From NCBI GenBank assembly GCA_946965045.2, contig OX337229.1, positions 620,001 through 684,000 on the forward strand: DNA of 64,000 nt, read 5' to 3'. Made by a program: the position numbers and the translations under genes. Below, piece by piece: positions 30,759 to 41,198 of this stretch. Source of the stretch: Epithemia pelagica (taxonomy: Eukaryota; Protista; Bacillariophyta). Below the pieces are notes generated by a model. It saw nothing but the letters and a program-made list of their open reading frames with translations, did not search any database and was not told where the DNA came from. Position 1 is the first letter of the stretch; the number at the start of each line of letters is the position of its first letter.

Positions 30759-32171
30759 ATGTTGCATCGTTTGCTATGTTATGCTCTATGCTAGCTACTC
30801 CTAGGAGTAGGGTACCTTCTCTCTTGTGGTCGCGTCGAACACGTCATTATTCGAGTTTCAGCCACTTTCAGCTTCAAACTAGTCACGAACAGTACTTTTA
30901 TCATAGTTTCTGGTCAAAGACTAAGCCACAGTCAAGATTCGTTGTTTGCCGAGACTTCGACGGAGACTTCGAAGGATAACTCTTTTGTCTCTTCATCCAC
31001 AAGCACCAGTACAACGAGAAAAAGATATGAGGCATCGAAGTCGTCTTTTACAATATATTACAACGATGTATATGAAGGTCAGTGTCCAGAGAACGTTCAT
31101 GACAAGAAGTGAACCAACGAGGAATCAGCCGACAAGGCCTCTGTTTGTTCTTCCTAACGCTTGAATACATTTTCAACAGTCACCCTACCGCCCAGACATC
31201 GATTCCCCATGGCGAAATATCGCCAAACAAGAGACTTGGTCCAGGCATGGATTGCCAAAGATTTGGAGGGAAAGCAACAATCATCGAACAGCAAAACATC
31301 ACTCGAGCACGAGTTCCGAATGTCCCCTTTGGCCAGCGTTGAAGAACTCGAAACCACGCATTGCCCATCGTACATTCAAAGATATATTGTAGGCGACATG
31401 ACTGAATCGGAGCTGAGAAATGTAGGATTTCCCTGGTCCGAAGAGGGCGTTCGACGAAGCCTGAGTTCGGTTGGTGGAACCATGGCCGCAGCATGTGAAG
31501 TCGTGGAGCGCACGAGGGCCAATCCGGATAGGAGCGCTTCTCTGCATTGGGGTGCTCATATAGCTGGTGGGACTCATCATGCCTTTTATGATCGAGGAGA
31601 AGGATTTTCTGTGTTTTCCGACATGGCTGTGGCAGCCAATGTTGTCTTGAATCGATACGCCGGTGAGATAAAGCGAATTTTGATTGTTGATTTGGATGTC
31701 CACCAAGGAAATGGGAATTCAGTTTTGTTTCAAAATCAACCAAACGTGGCTACCTTTTCGGTTCACTGCAAGGCGAATTACTTCTCCCAAAAGGAAACGT
31801 CCGATCTCGACATTGAATTGCCTGCAGGTTGTGACGACAAGACGTATTTGATAACCCTGCAACATTGGTTGAATCGTTTACGTCGCGGTGATGGGGGTAA
31901 GTTTGACTTGATATTTTACCAGGCTGGTGTTGACGTCCTCGAGGTGGATCGGTTGGGTCGCATGTCGTTGACAGAGTCTGGGGTCGCCCGACGGAATCAA
32001 ATGGTGTTTGACTTTGCAAGAGATATGCAAGCTCCTTTAGTTATTTGTATGGGTGGGGGTTATCCACGAGGTAATGACTGGGATCCGATCCTCAGAGCTC
32101 ATGCAAATGTCTATTATCAAGCATACAAGTACCTCGGACAACAGGCTTTGAATGAAGAAGAAGACGCGTGA
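30759..32171 (+). CDS. Histone deacetylase-family (HDAC11/AcuC-like) protein; 5' end unresolved
   Basis: Intron 31078-31179 joins FTIYYNDVYEV to TLPPRHRFPMAKY. GGTHHA, GEGFSVFSD, DLDVHQGNG, YQAGVD, MGGGY. The upstream frame is open from 30795. ATG 30759 is separated by TAG 30792-30794; ATG 30776 with an intron 30807-30906 is an alternative. Confidence 0.85.
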
Positions 32172-32344
32172 CTTCAGGGAGCAAGATTGTGCAACGCTTT
32201 TCCTCGTTATTACTGAATGTAGTTCCTCGATTAAACGAGAAGCAAAAAGCCAGCGCTCGTTTACAAGATTGGTTGCTCGTAAAGTCCCTATCAAGGATTA
32301 TCCCTCGTGAATTGGATAGCATCGGATGAGCTCTCATCAGTGCC

Positions 32345-33022
32345 TTATTCATCATCGGACGATTCGTAGGCAGTGAGCAACCCACCGAGCGTCCCTGATC
32401 CACCCTCTTTCTCAGGTTTGGCACCATCATCTGTTTTCTCCAATGGCTTTGTGTTGCTTTCTGAGTGTTCGATTGAAGTGGTTTGTTCCTTGTTTGTCAC
32501 TTGCTTGTTCTTGGTGGACGTGGAGGCATCCACTTCGTCGATATTTCGTTTTCGTTTTTTGCGAATAAACAATAGGGGGTTTGGAGTGTCCTTCTGGATT
32601 CCATCCGATTGTACCCTCGGCTGGTTGCCTGAATCACGACCCTCGTTGACGGTTGTCGATGGGGGTGGAGGAACACGCACCTCGCTTTGTTCTCGTTGAT
32701 CTGCTTGTGCCGCCCGAAAAGCTGCCAACGCCTCTTGTGTTTCTCGTTGCTTTTCCGTTTCCTCCATTTGTTTCTGTCGATCCAGTGCATCTAGATGTGC
32801 CTTGTCCTCTTCATTGAATTCCGTTGTTCCAATCATAATAGCTCGTTGTTGTTCCTCTCGCTCCGCATCCTCCTGCTCCTGATTGGCACGAAGCTGTTCA
32901 AACAAGGGTTTGGCAGTTGCATCGTATGAGGTTGAATCCTCCTTGCCCTCAATCTGCTTCTCTTCGAATCCTCCCGACTCTGTCGCTGTTTGAACGGTCT
33001 TGGAAACAAACGAAAGGCTCAT
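32345..33022 (-). CDS. FAM192A: FAM192A/PIP30/Fyv6 (Nefa_Nip30_N) family protein
   Basis: MSLSFVS...KPLFEQLRANQEQEDAEREEQ...FNEEDKAHLDAL; C-terminal LGGLLTAYESSDDE. Confidence 0.75.
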   Translation of the reverse strand: MSLSFVSKTVQTATESGGFEEKQIEGKEDSTSYDATAKPLFEQLRANQEQEDAEREEQQRAIMIGTTEFNEEDKAHLDALDRQKQMEETEKQRETQEALAAFRAAQADQREQSEVRVPPPPSTTVNEGRDSGNQPRVQSDGIQKDTPNPLLFIRKKRKRNIDEVDASTSTKNKQVTNKEQTTSIEHSESNTKPLEKTDDGAKPEKEGGSGTLGGLLTAYESSDDE

Positions 33023-33113
33023 TGTAAAAGGTTAAATAAACGTCATGGTCTATGCCTATGTCTCCCTCCAAATTGATCTGCGACTGATCGCCTGGCAAAA
33101 ACAAGTCCAACAC

Positions 33114-33184
33114 TGCATCGTCCGGGAATCGAACCCGGGACATCTGCTTGGAAGGCAGATATTTTACCACTAAACTAACGATGC
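33114..33184 (-). tRNA. trnG-UCC: tRNA-Gly(TCC)
   Basis: GCATCGTTAGTTTAGTGGTAAAATATCTGCCTTCCAAGCAGATGTCCCGGGTTCGATTCCCGGACGATGCA: 7-bp acceptor stem, anticodon arm TCTGC-CTTCCAA-GCAGA, T loop GTTCGATTC. Confidence 0.97.
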
Positions 33185-33207
33185 GGCAGCTTGGCTGGTC
33201 GCCAGGT

Positions 33208-33278
33208 TGCATCGTCCGGGAATCGAACCCGGGACATCTGCTTGGAAGGCAGATATTTTACCACTAAACTAACGATGC
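33208..33278 (-). tRNA. trnG-UCC: tRNA-Gly(TCC), identical tandem copy
   Basis: Same 71-nt sequence as 33114-33184, separated by a 23-nt spacer. Confidence 0.97.
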
Positions 33279-33681
33279 TATGATGCTTCGTTCTGCTACA
33301 AGCGGGAGATTTTTTGCGTTAGTACCAGTGCGTTAAAAATCCACGCTTCAGATGCTTTCTCTCAATGATATCTGTCGGACCCGTCGATGGTGTCGCAATT
33401 GGCAACACGAGAAGAAATGCTTGTAGGGTTGCGGCTTTTGTTGGGAAATATGGAGTCTAATGGGTTCGTCGTTGCCTCCGTCTCATGGGTGAATGCTTGG
33501 GTGGGTGGTGCGTGGTGAGGTGGAGGTGGAGGGGTTTTCCTCGGTGGCAACTCTTTGTGCGACCAACGTACGTTCCGACCATTCCGACAACGAAAAGATC
33601 TCGCCACTCTGCCATTGATGGATCTGCAAGTTGAAGAGGCAAAGGGAGAGGTGATTCTTGTGTCTCTCTCTTGTACAAGCT

Positions 33682-34815
33682 ATGAACAATCGACTATATT
33701 CTCATCTCATTCTGCTGGTTTCTCTTCTGGATTTGATCCAAGCCTTTACGATTCGACACAGCAATCACCATGAACTTCATCAGGGCATCCGCCAACACCA
33801 CGAAAAACAAGAAAGGATACCAAACTCACATCCCAATGACAAGTCAAGTTCTATAACATTGACAACTAGCACCAGAAGAAGAACATCGTTGCAGGATGTT
33901 CCGTTTTATTTTGGTAGTGTGGTGAATGATACCGAGACTGTCACCATCAGGAATACGCCATCCGAAACAAAGCCAAGCTGGACCAGTTTTGCTCAGACTG
34001 CTGTCCCGGGTCCACCGGCTGAGACCAAGCCAGATTACGACAATATTGTGGGGCCCTTGGGTCGTTTCATGGATACTGTCTTTTTGGTGGTCTTTCGACG
34101 CAAATTGGCCGAACAAACAGGTTCTGATTCGGATCGTCCTTGGACGGACTACGAGGGCATTACCGAATTGGCCGCTCGCATGAATCGACAAATTCGCAAT
34201 CGTACAGCAGTACAGCAACGCGCGCAAGAAACCTTGCGGTCTCTCTTTCCTTCGTGGTTGCCGAAACAATATGCCATTTTGTTTTCCAAACCCTTTCCGG
34301 CCTTTTCGGCACGCATGAATGCCTGGGCCACCTACGTGGCTGGCACCTGGCTCATGGGCGAATGTCAAGTCAATGACATTGTTCTGGAGGAACAAACAAA
34401 CCCCGATGGTACAACGACTGTCGTCATGGGCAAGGATCAAGGATTGTTGGTGAAACGATGTCGCTTTTTGGAACAAAGTCAATGTGCGTCCGTCTGTGTC
34501 AATAGTTGCAAAATTCCAACACAAAATTTCTTTTTGCAAGACATGGGATTGCCCTTGACCATGGAACCCAATTACGAAACCTTTGAATGCCAATTTTCTT
34601 TTGGCAAACATCCCACCTTGGAAACTGAGCGGGTGGCCGCCAGTACACCCTGTCTTTTACAGTGTCCGGCCGCCGGGGGCTTGCGACAATCGCATGACAC
34701 GTTTGTAGCCAATCCGACCAGGAGTGTGACGACGACGACAGTGGCCAACAACGATGGAAGGGAGGATGGCAAGGCAGCATCGCCTTGTGCCATGATGCCA
34801 GACACGTTGGCCTAG
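33682..34815 (+). CDS. D27: Beta-carotene isomerase D27-like (DUF4033) protein, probably plastid-targeted
   Basis: Signal peptide ending LIQA-F. ARMNAWAT...WLMGECQVND, VKRCRFLEQSQCASVCVNSCKIPTQNFF...GLPLTMEPNYETFECQFSFG. Confidence 0.85.
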   Translation: MNNRLYSHLILLVSLLDLIQAFTIRHSNHHELHQGIRQHHEKQERIPNSHPNDKSSSITLTTSTRRRTSLQDVPFYFGSVVNDTETVTIRNTPSETKPSWTSFAQTAVPGPPAETKPDYDNIVGPLGRFMDTVFLVVFRRKLAEQTGSDSDRPWTDYEGITELAARMNRQIRNRTAVQQRAQETLRSLFPSWLPKQYAILFSKPFPAFSARMNAWATYVAGTWLMGECQVNDIVLEEQTNPDGTTTVVMGKDQGLLVKRCRFLEQSQCASVCVNSCKIPTQNFFLQDMGLPLTMEPNYETFECQFSFGKHPTLETERVAASTPCLLQCPAAGGLRQSHDTFVANPTRSVTTTTVANNDGREDGKAASPCAMMPDTLA

Positions 34816-35159
34816 CTAGCCAATCACCAACGCAATGCATAGGGCCAGAGGAGACTTCTGTTGCTGTAGCTCTTCCTTCCTCGGTTGCGAGAACCTCAGC
34901 CGGTTCTTTGGAGATTCTACAAAGAAAAAAGAAGCAACGGAGAGGGGAACCACGATCTCTAGGTTGACCACCGGATAGAACGATTGTTCCTCCAACTACT
35001 GGAAATCCTTCCTTTACCTTCCCACAACACGCGTTTCCTTTTCATCCCTTTCTGGTAGGATGCTCCTGCCGTCCACAGCACTCTCTTCCTGGTATGGTAT
35101 CTCCCTTTGCCTTTCTTCTAAAACTATCTAACTCTACCGGTTGTCTGTCGTATATCCAT

Positions 35160-35161
<2 letters not shown>

Positions 35162-35194
<33 letters not shown>
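35162..35194. repeat. (AT)16 microsatellite
   Basis: Read directly; lies between convergent 3' ends. Confidence 0.95.
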
Positions 35195-35198
<4 letters not shown>

Positions 35199-35211
35199 GA
35201 TTGCGAGATTC

Positions 35212-36888
35212 TCAAAAATCATCCAATGGAAAGGCTTCTTCGGTATCGGCATGTCGATTGGAGGACGATGACACACGCATGGGTGACGACGACGTAGAAG
35301 GAGGAGGTGGTGCCGGCCGATTCCTCGATGACGACGACGACAAGGTTCCATTGTTCCACAGAGCCAAAGGTGCTGCTGCCTCGGCCATGGTGACATCACG
35401 ATCGTAGGGTTGTGGTGGTGGTTGGTGATGGGGACCCGAAACGGCCGTACCCCGAACCGAGGATGGAGGAGCCAACAAAATACCCATGGGCGTAGCCACG
35501 GCTCCCGGTGGCAATGTACTACCAGGTCCTTGTGATTGTTGTGGTTGCAGAAACTGGGCTGGTGGTGGTAGAGATCCCAAGGCCATCATGTTCCCTGGTG
35601 CTGCTGCTGCGGATGCGGGTTGTCCGGGAGGAATGGGTTCTGAAAGAGATCGCGACAGTCCATTGGCGGTTGCAACAGCATTGTTTTCGCTATTGTTGGA
35701 GTGTTCCAGGATGGAGGATGCCGTCTCGAGAGCCGGTCGCAAAAGACTGCTACTATTTCTCGTAGCAGTATGGAGGGAGGATGGTGGAAGGCCTCGTTGT
35801 AACAGTTCCAATCCGGTCAAGGAGGTGGAGAGAGCATGCGATGGAAACAAGGATGTTGTATTGGTGGTGCTGGAAGGATCGGCATCCAGGGTTGGATGAA
35901 GGGATGGCAAGGCTCCCAACGAAGCTGGATAATTTACAGAAGAGGTAAAGTCGTAGTGTTGTGGTTGTTGTTGAAGTGGGAGTACTGGCAGCACAGATTG
36001 GGGTTCCGACGCACAGGATTCCATGAGTTCGGAAAGGGCCGAAGTGGTGGTAGGGGTGCTTGTTGTCGGAGCCGTGTTTGTCGCCGAGGATAAACCCTCT
36101 TCCTCCTTGGTTGATGTCGAAGGAGGTTGTTTGGCAGCCACCAAGGCTTGAGTATTTTGCCGCAATCGTTCTCCAATGGACCGTGCAGTGGTGGTGGAAG
36201 AAGAAGCTGTAAAGGATGCAGGGCCCTGAAATCGGACCCGATGTTGTTGTTGTTGAATGCGATGAATGGTGCCGGTGCGACTGTCGCGATAACTACTGGG
36301 ACCATCCAAAAACTTTCCCCGCAAATGGGAATCACGCAAGGAACCATACGAAACCGTCTTTTGAGTACTGCTATTGGTGTTGTTGTTGTTGTGGATGGAG
36401 GTGGATGGATTGGTCGATGGATGGTGAGTCAAGGAGGCGGGGGGTTCCAACACCAAATCCATGGCCGGTGGAGGAAGAAGTGCCGGTGCATCGGGCGGAT
36501 TGTCTTGGATGCCACCACTGCGAGCCGTCAATGCCGCATGATCCGGTAAGGATCCCAAAAAGGGTGCACGCAACAATCGCGATGGTAAGGAATGAGTCAT
36601 GGTGGACAGAAGGGGTCCATGCGATGCGGTCTGTTGTGTTGGGTGCGTGGCCTCCGATTCATCACTGCTGGTTTGTTCCAAACCATGACGTTGACGAGAA
36701 GGAGGATCTTCTTCTACATTGCTACTGGAATAGTCATCGCTTGTCATGGACAAACTTTTTCTCCCCCGTCCTATCAAGGCAAATTTGGTGTGATCGTTTT
36801 CATCATCATCATCATAGTCGTCTGCTCGTGTCCCATCGCGAGGAATGGCAATCGGACTAGATCGTACTGGAGGCCATGGACGAACTTG

Positions 36889-36924
<36 letters not shown>

Positions 36925-37215
36925 CGGTTGTTGTGCCTGTGTAGCAGACAATAAGGGAGAAGCCAAGTGTGTGGTGGCGGTTGCTGTTGGTGTGGTGGTA
37001 GGGTTGTTGTGTGGTCGAAACAAGACTGATGCCGGTGGTGGAGCCATTCGGTGATGATGCAAGGGTTCGTGGAACGATACGGCAGACGACGCTGCAGTAC
37101 TTGCCATTCCATTGGTGGTAGTGTCTTCCATCAACAAGACATCGTCTTCTTCGCCATCAATGGCATGATACGGTGGAACAGCTGTTGCCGCCGCATTGGA
37201 CAATTCCTGTTCCAT
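35212..37215 (-). CDS. Unknown low-complexity (Ser/Thr/Pro/Gln-rich) protein
   Basis: Long open frame, first ATG 37215. Short ordered-looking motifs YGSLRDSHLRGKFLDGPSSYRD, LSTSLTGLELL and C-terminal EAFPLDDF. Confidence 0.7.
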
Positions 37216-37633
37216 GATGGACGACGGCAATTTTTGGGAGACGCTGAAAATGTCCAAAGGAATAAACGAAAGAGAGGACTCTTTTAGTAGTAGTCGTTGG
37301 TGGTGGCTGTATTGGTTCTGATTCTTGCACCCACAACAAGTATTCTATTTTCTGTTTTTATCGCACATGTCTGCTCCAACGAGAATGAGACTCTGTGCTG
37401 TTGCACGGAAGAAGGAAAGCAAAAAAACGGCAGCCGGGAAAGTCCCGGGGGATGGAGAATCTCCGCCTTTCGCCAGGGATTAAAGCGACCGTAACGCGAC
37501 AACATTTTTTGTTGATGCCACATCTCTCGTGTGCGAGAGACTTTGAGGCAACCTCATCCTCATCATCTCGTATTATCGGTCGTCGAGAGTGTCGGCATTG
37601 TTGCTTGGATTTACAGGGTTCCATCGAAACACC

Positions 37634-40600
37634 ATGAATACCGGCGCATTGCCCAGTCACAGTGACGATGTGGAGGAAGAATTGGGTCGCATTCGATTGG
37701 CGTTGGATGCTGTTTATGGGAGCCAACACCCAGCACACCCTAGTGCAAACGCAGCATCCTCAGATCCAGTATGGTATCAACAACGACAGTTGGCCAATGG
37801 ATACTTGACAAGTTTTCAAAACACGGCCATTGCTTGGGTCGTTTGTGATCGATTGTTGTGGGAAGATTCGCAACAACAACCACAAACTCCGGAAAATTCC
37901 ATGAAGCAACAACAACGACATTTTTTTGCCGCACAAACCCTCTTGACCAAATGCCGGGCCGATCACGATGTGCAACAATTGCTCCAACAAGAATCATTAC
38001 AACCGCAACCATCTACAGCCAGAGATGGGACAGCCTTGCCTGCTACGGCCAGCTCTCAAGTGCTACTGTCCTTGCGCGATTCTCTGTTGCAACATTTGAA
38101 TCGAGCCATTTCCACCAAGTCTGGTGTCAATACAGCACTGGCAACGCGATTGGCCATGGCTATTTCGGCCTTGGCCGTACAAATGGGATGGTTCACGATT
38201 ATTCCCGATTTGTTGTCCATGTCATCCGAGGATCCATCCCATCACCAAACAATTTTGTTCTTGTTACGAGCCCTTCCTGAAGAATGTGCATCGGATCGCT
38301 TACTACTGTTGGATGACAATCACCGCTTTGTCATGCGAGATCATTACATTCATACCTCCCCCACTGTCTTTGCCTTTTTTCTCCATCACTTGTCGTCGTC
38401 AGCCACCAGTTCCAGTACGGATCCTTTGTTCAATGCACCCTACACACATCGTGTCCTCCAGGCCTGGTATGCCTGGATCCGATACGTTCCCATTCGTCCT
38501 CATGTCATTGCCGAATCACCCTTGTTGCCGGCGACGGTACAAATCTTGATTGCCAGTGCCACATCCGTGCCCTCTTTGGACATTCTCGAACAAGCGGCCG
38601 ATGTCGTGGTGGAGATTTTGCGCATGTATCCCAGTCATGGTCCTCCCGACAATCAGTGTTTGGTTCAACAAATGCTCACCTTCTTATCCAAATTGCCGTT
38701 GCCTCAAGTCTTGGCAGATTCCAAACAAGAGGACGACATTACATCGGATCACAATCACATTGTTCGAGATTATTGTCGAATCGTGACGGAAATGGGAGAA
38801 TCCTATCTCCACTGGATCTTGTGGGCCCTGGGTGTTGCAACGCCAGGAGGAGGAGGAGGAGCATCGCCCTCCTTTCCCTCTTCCACTCCACCACCGACAC
38901 CACACGAAAAAGAAGCCGCCTTTCATTTGGTAGATTGGATCTTGTTGTGTTCTTCGTCCGTTTCCGACATTGACATTACCGGCATGACCTTGCACTTTTG
39001 GTACCGATTGGTTCTGGAATTGGAACAAACGGAACCCTATGAATGGCGACAAGAATTGGTCGATGCCTTATCCACGCGTTTGTTGCGATTTGTCAACGTC
39101 GCCGCCTTGAATTTGATTAAATTTCCCTCCGACATTGGCGAGATGGCCGAAGATCAAGTAGAGGACATTAATCGACATCGGTACTATGTCTCGGAAACCG
39201 TGGAAGATTGTTGTCGATTGCTAGGAGGACAAACAGTACTTTTGCGAATTGCCGAACTATTACAAGAACAGGTCCTTCGAGGCAAGGTGGTGAATCAAAC
39301 AATCGACTACCATCGTCTCTTACATCAGGAATGGCAAACGCTCGAATCCTGTCTCTCTTGTTTGGTGGCCATTCACATGTTTGTACCAGAAGATGACCAG
39401 CAATTCTTGCCCTTTGTCTTTGAACAGCTCGTACCAGGATTGGCCAGTGCCGCCGCCCCGCCCAACGAAACCGCGTCATCGTCGTCAGCTGCTGTACCCA
39501 TGCCACCGCCCTTGAGATTCACAGTTTGCAAAGTGATTGGAAAGTTTGCCCGATGGTTGGCCACGCGGTCTCGCTCCAATCCCAATCTCATGCCTCCACT
39601 CTTGCCCTTTTTGGCCCAAGGTTTGTCCGTAACAGAATGTGCTCCCGCCGCGGCAGTGGCCATTAAGGAACTTTGCTCCGAATCTCATCCCCATTCCTTT
39701 GCCATTGGCCGACCCGTCTTGGAACTCTACGAGCAAGTGGCCGCTGCATCCTCTTCCTCGGATGTTGGTACGACTTTGGGTCGACCACCCTTGTGTCTCA
39801 ATCTACGAGATGAACTACCTCTCTTGGAGGGTGTATGCCTAGCCCTCTCCAAACACATTCAAATGGATCCAGCCTCTTGTCAGAATGGCAGTGCCTTTTT
39901 GCAGCGTCTCGTACAACCGATTGGAACTCGACTGGCAAACAATCTTAGTTCCTCTTCTTCCACGCCTCGAACCGTGTTGCCTGATATTCAGAGATTGGCA
40001 GTAGTCGTCCAGTATTTGAAGGTTTTGATGGATATGTCGTTGGGGGGAGCCCATCCTGTCGTTGAGTTGATGCAATCGCTTTGGTCCTTCCTCGAAACCT
40101 TGATTGTTCGATTTCCCAATGATAACAACACGGCCGAACAAGTTTGTCGCTTGCACAAACACGCCCTACGAAGCTGCGGCGTGGCAGCATACCGGCCCAT
40201 GCTGACTCCCCTGATGCGGTATCTGGTCGAAGGTTACGATCGATGTCATCAGTCACCCTTTCTCTATGCGGCCAGTGTCTGCGTTTCCGAGTATGGGGGG
40301 AGCAACTTGCCGGCACCACCGGCATCTAGCACATCGGGAACAACAACCCTTACTACACAGCAAGAACTTTATGGTATGGTCGAAGCCATGTCCAATACAA
40401 CATTTCGATTCATGAGAAACTTGGATGATTTTAATAACCACCCGGATGTTGTTGAAGAATTGTTCTATCTCATGGAACGAATGATGCTTCACTGTTCCGA
40501 TACCCTGTTGACCGCAAATCCGCCCACCATGCTTCAATCGCTGGTACAGGTTGCAGTGTTGTGCATGAATCTCGATCATCATGGAGCTCACAAGGGAACC

Positions 40601-41056
40601 ATGACGTTTCTAGATTGCCTTCTCTCTAGTAAGGTACTAGTAGTGGAGTCAAACAATGCTGAGATGCAACAAAAGCGGTCTACGCTGGAGCAAGTCCTGG
40701 GTCAGGAGGGAGGAGGAATGTTGCATAATTTGGTGCGAGCTCTGGTGGGCGACTTGCCATCGTACAGTCCCAAGATACCCGAGCTTTTATGGAAATTTAA
40801 GCGAGTCTTTGGGAAAAGTGGAATGCTAACGCAATGGGTATCGGCTGCTCTCAGTCCGGATGCGGCAACCTCGGCCTCCGGGTCTACAAATGTTCTCCTG
40901 CTCTTGTCGGATCAACTCAAACATGAATTTATGGGTGCTGTTGTCAGTACTGACCTACCAAAAGAAGACTTCTTGTTGGCCCTGCGAGCCTTTCAAAATG
41001 CCAGCAATCGACATCGTCGACATCTCCAACAGCGAAGATCAGAACTATCAACGTGA
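37634..41056 (+). CDS. Importin-beta-family transportin (TNPO3/Mtr10/importin-13-like)
   Basis: ANGYLTSFQNTAIAWVVCDRLL, HFFAAQTL, TRLAMAISALAVQM, LRALPEEC, TLHFWYRL, RYYVSETVEDC, HPDVVEELF. Confidence 0.8.
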   Translation: MNTGALPSHSDDVEEELGRIRLALDAVYGSQHPAHPSANAASSDPVWYQQRQLANGYLTSFQNTAIAWVVCDRLLWEDSQQQPQTPENSMKQQQRHFFAAQTLLTKCRADHDVQQLLQQESLQPQPSTARDGTALPATASSQVLLSLRDSLLQHLNRAISTKSGVNTALATRLAMAISALAVQMGWFTIIPDLLSMSSEDPSHHQTILFLLRALPEECASDRLLLLDDNHRFVMRDHYIHTSPTVFAFFLHHLSSSATSSSTDPLFNAPYTHRVLQAWYAWIRYVPIRPHVIAESPLLPATVQILIASATSVPSLDILEQAADVVVEILRMYPSHGPPDNQCLVQQMLTFLSKLPLPQVLADSKQEDDITSDHNHIVRDYCRIVTEMGESYLHWILWALGVATPGGGGGASPSFPSSTPPPTPHEKEAAFHLVDWILLCSSSVSDIDITGMTLHFWYRLVLELEQTEPYEWRQELVDALSTRLLRFVNVAALNLIKFPSDIGEMAEDQVEDINRHRYYVSETVEDCCRLLGGQTVLLRIAELLQEQVLRGKVVNQTIDYHRLLHQEWQTLESCLSCLVAIHMFVPEDDQQFLPFVFEQLVPGLASAAAPPNETASSSSAAVPMPPPLRFTVCKVIGKFARWLATRSRSNPNLMPPLLPFLAQGLSVTECAPAAAVAIKELCSESHPHSFAIGRPVLELYEQVAAASSSSDVGTTLGRPPLCLNLRDELPLLEGVCLALSKHIQMDPASCQNGSAFLQRLVQPIGTRLANNLSSSSSTPRTVLPDIQRLAVVVQYLKVLMDMSLGGAHPVVELMQSLWSFLETLIVRFPNDNNTAEQVCRLHKHALRSCGVAAYRPMLTPLMRYLVEGYDRCHQSPFLYAASVCVSEYGGSNLPAPPASSTSGTTTLTTQQELYGMVEAMSNTTFRFMRNLDDFNNHPDVVEELFYLMERMMLHCSDTLLTANPPTMLQSLVQVAVLCMNLDHHGAHKGTMTFLDCLLSSKVLVVESNNAEMQQKRSTLEQVLGQEGGGMLHNLVRALVGDLPSYSPKIPELLWKFKRVFGKSGMLTQWVSAALSPDAATSASGSTNVLLLLSDQLKHEFMGAVVSTDLPKEDFLLALRAFQNASNRHRRHLQQRRSELST

Positions 41057-41198
41057 GTATATACCGTAACTGCCTTATTTATAAAGGAGAGAAAGGTCTT
41101 CTTCGGGTGACGGGTTAAACACGGAAACGTTAGAAACTTGATTGTAAGCTGCAAAATCAATAGCAAGATTCTCTATCGTTTGTGCTGTGTCATGTTTT

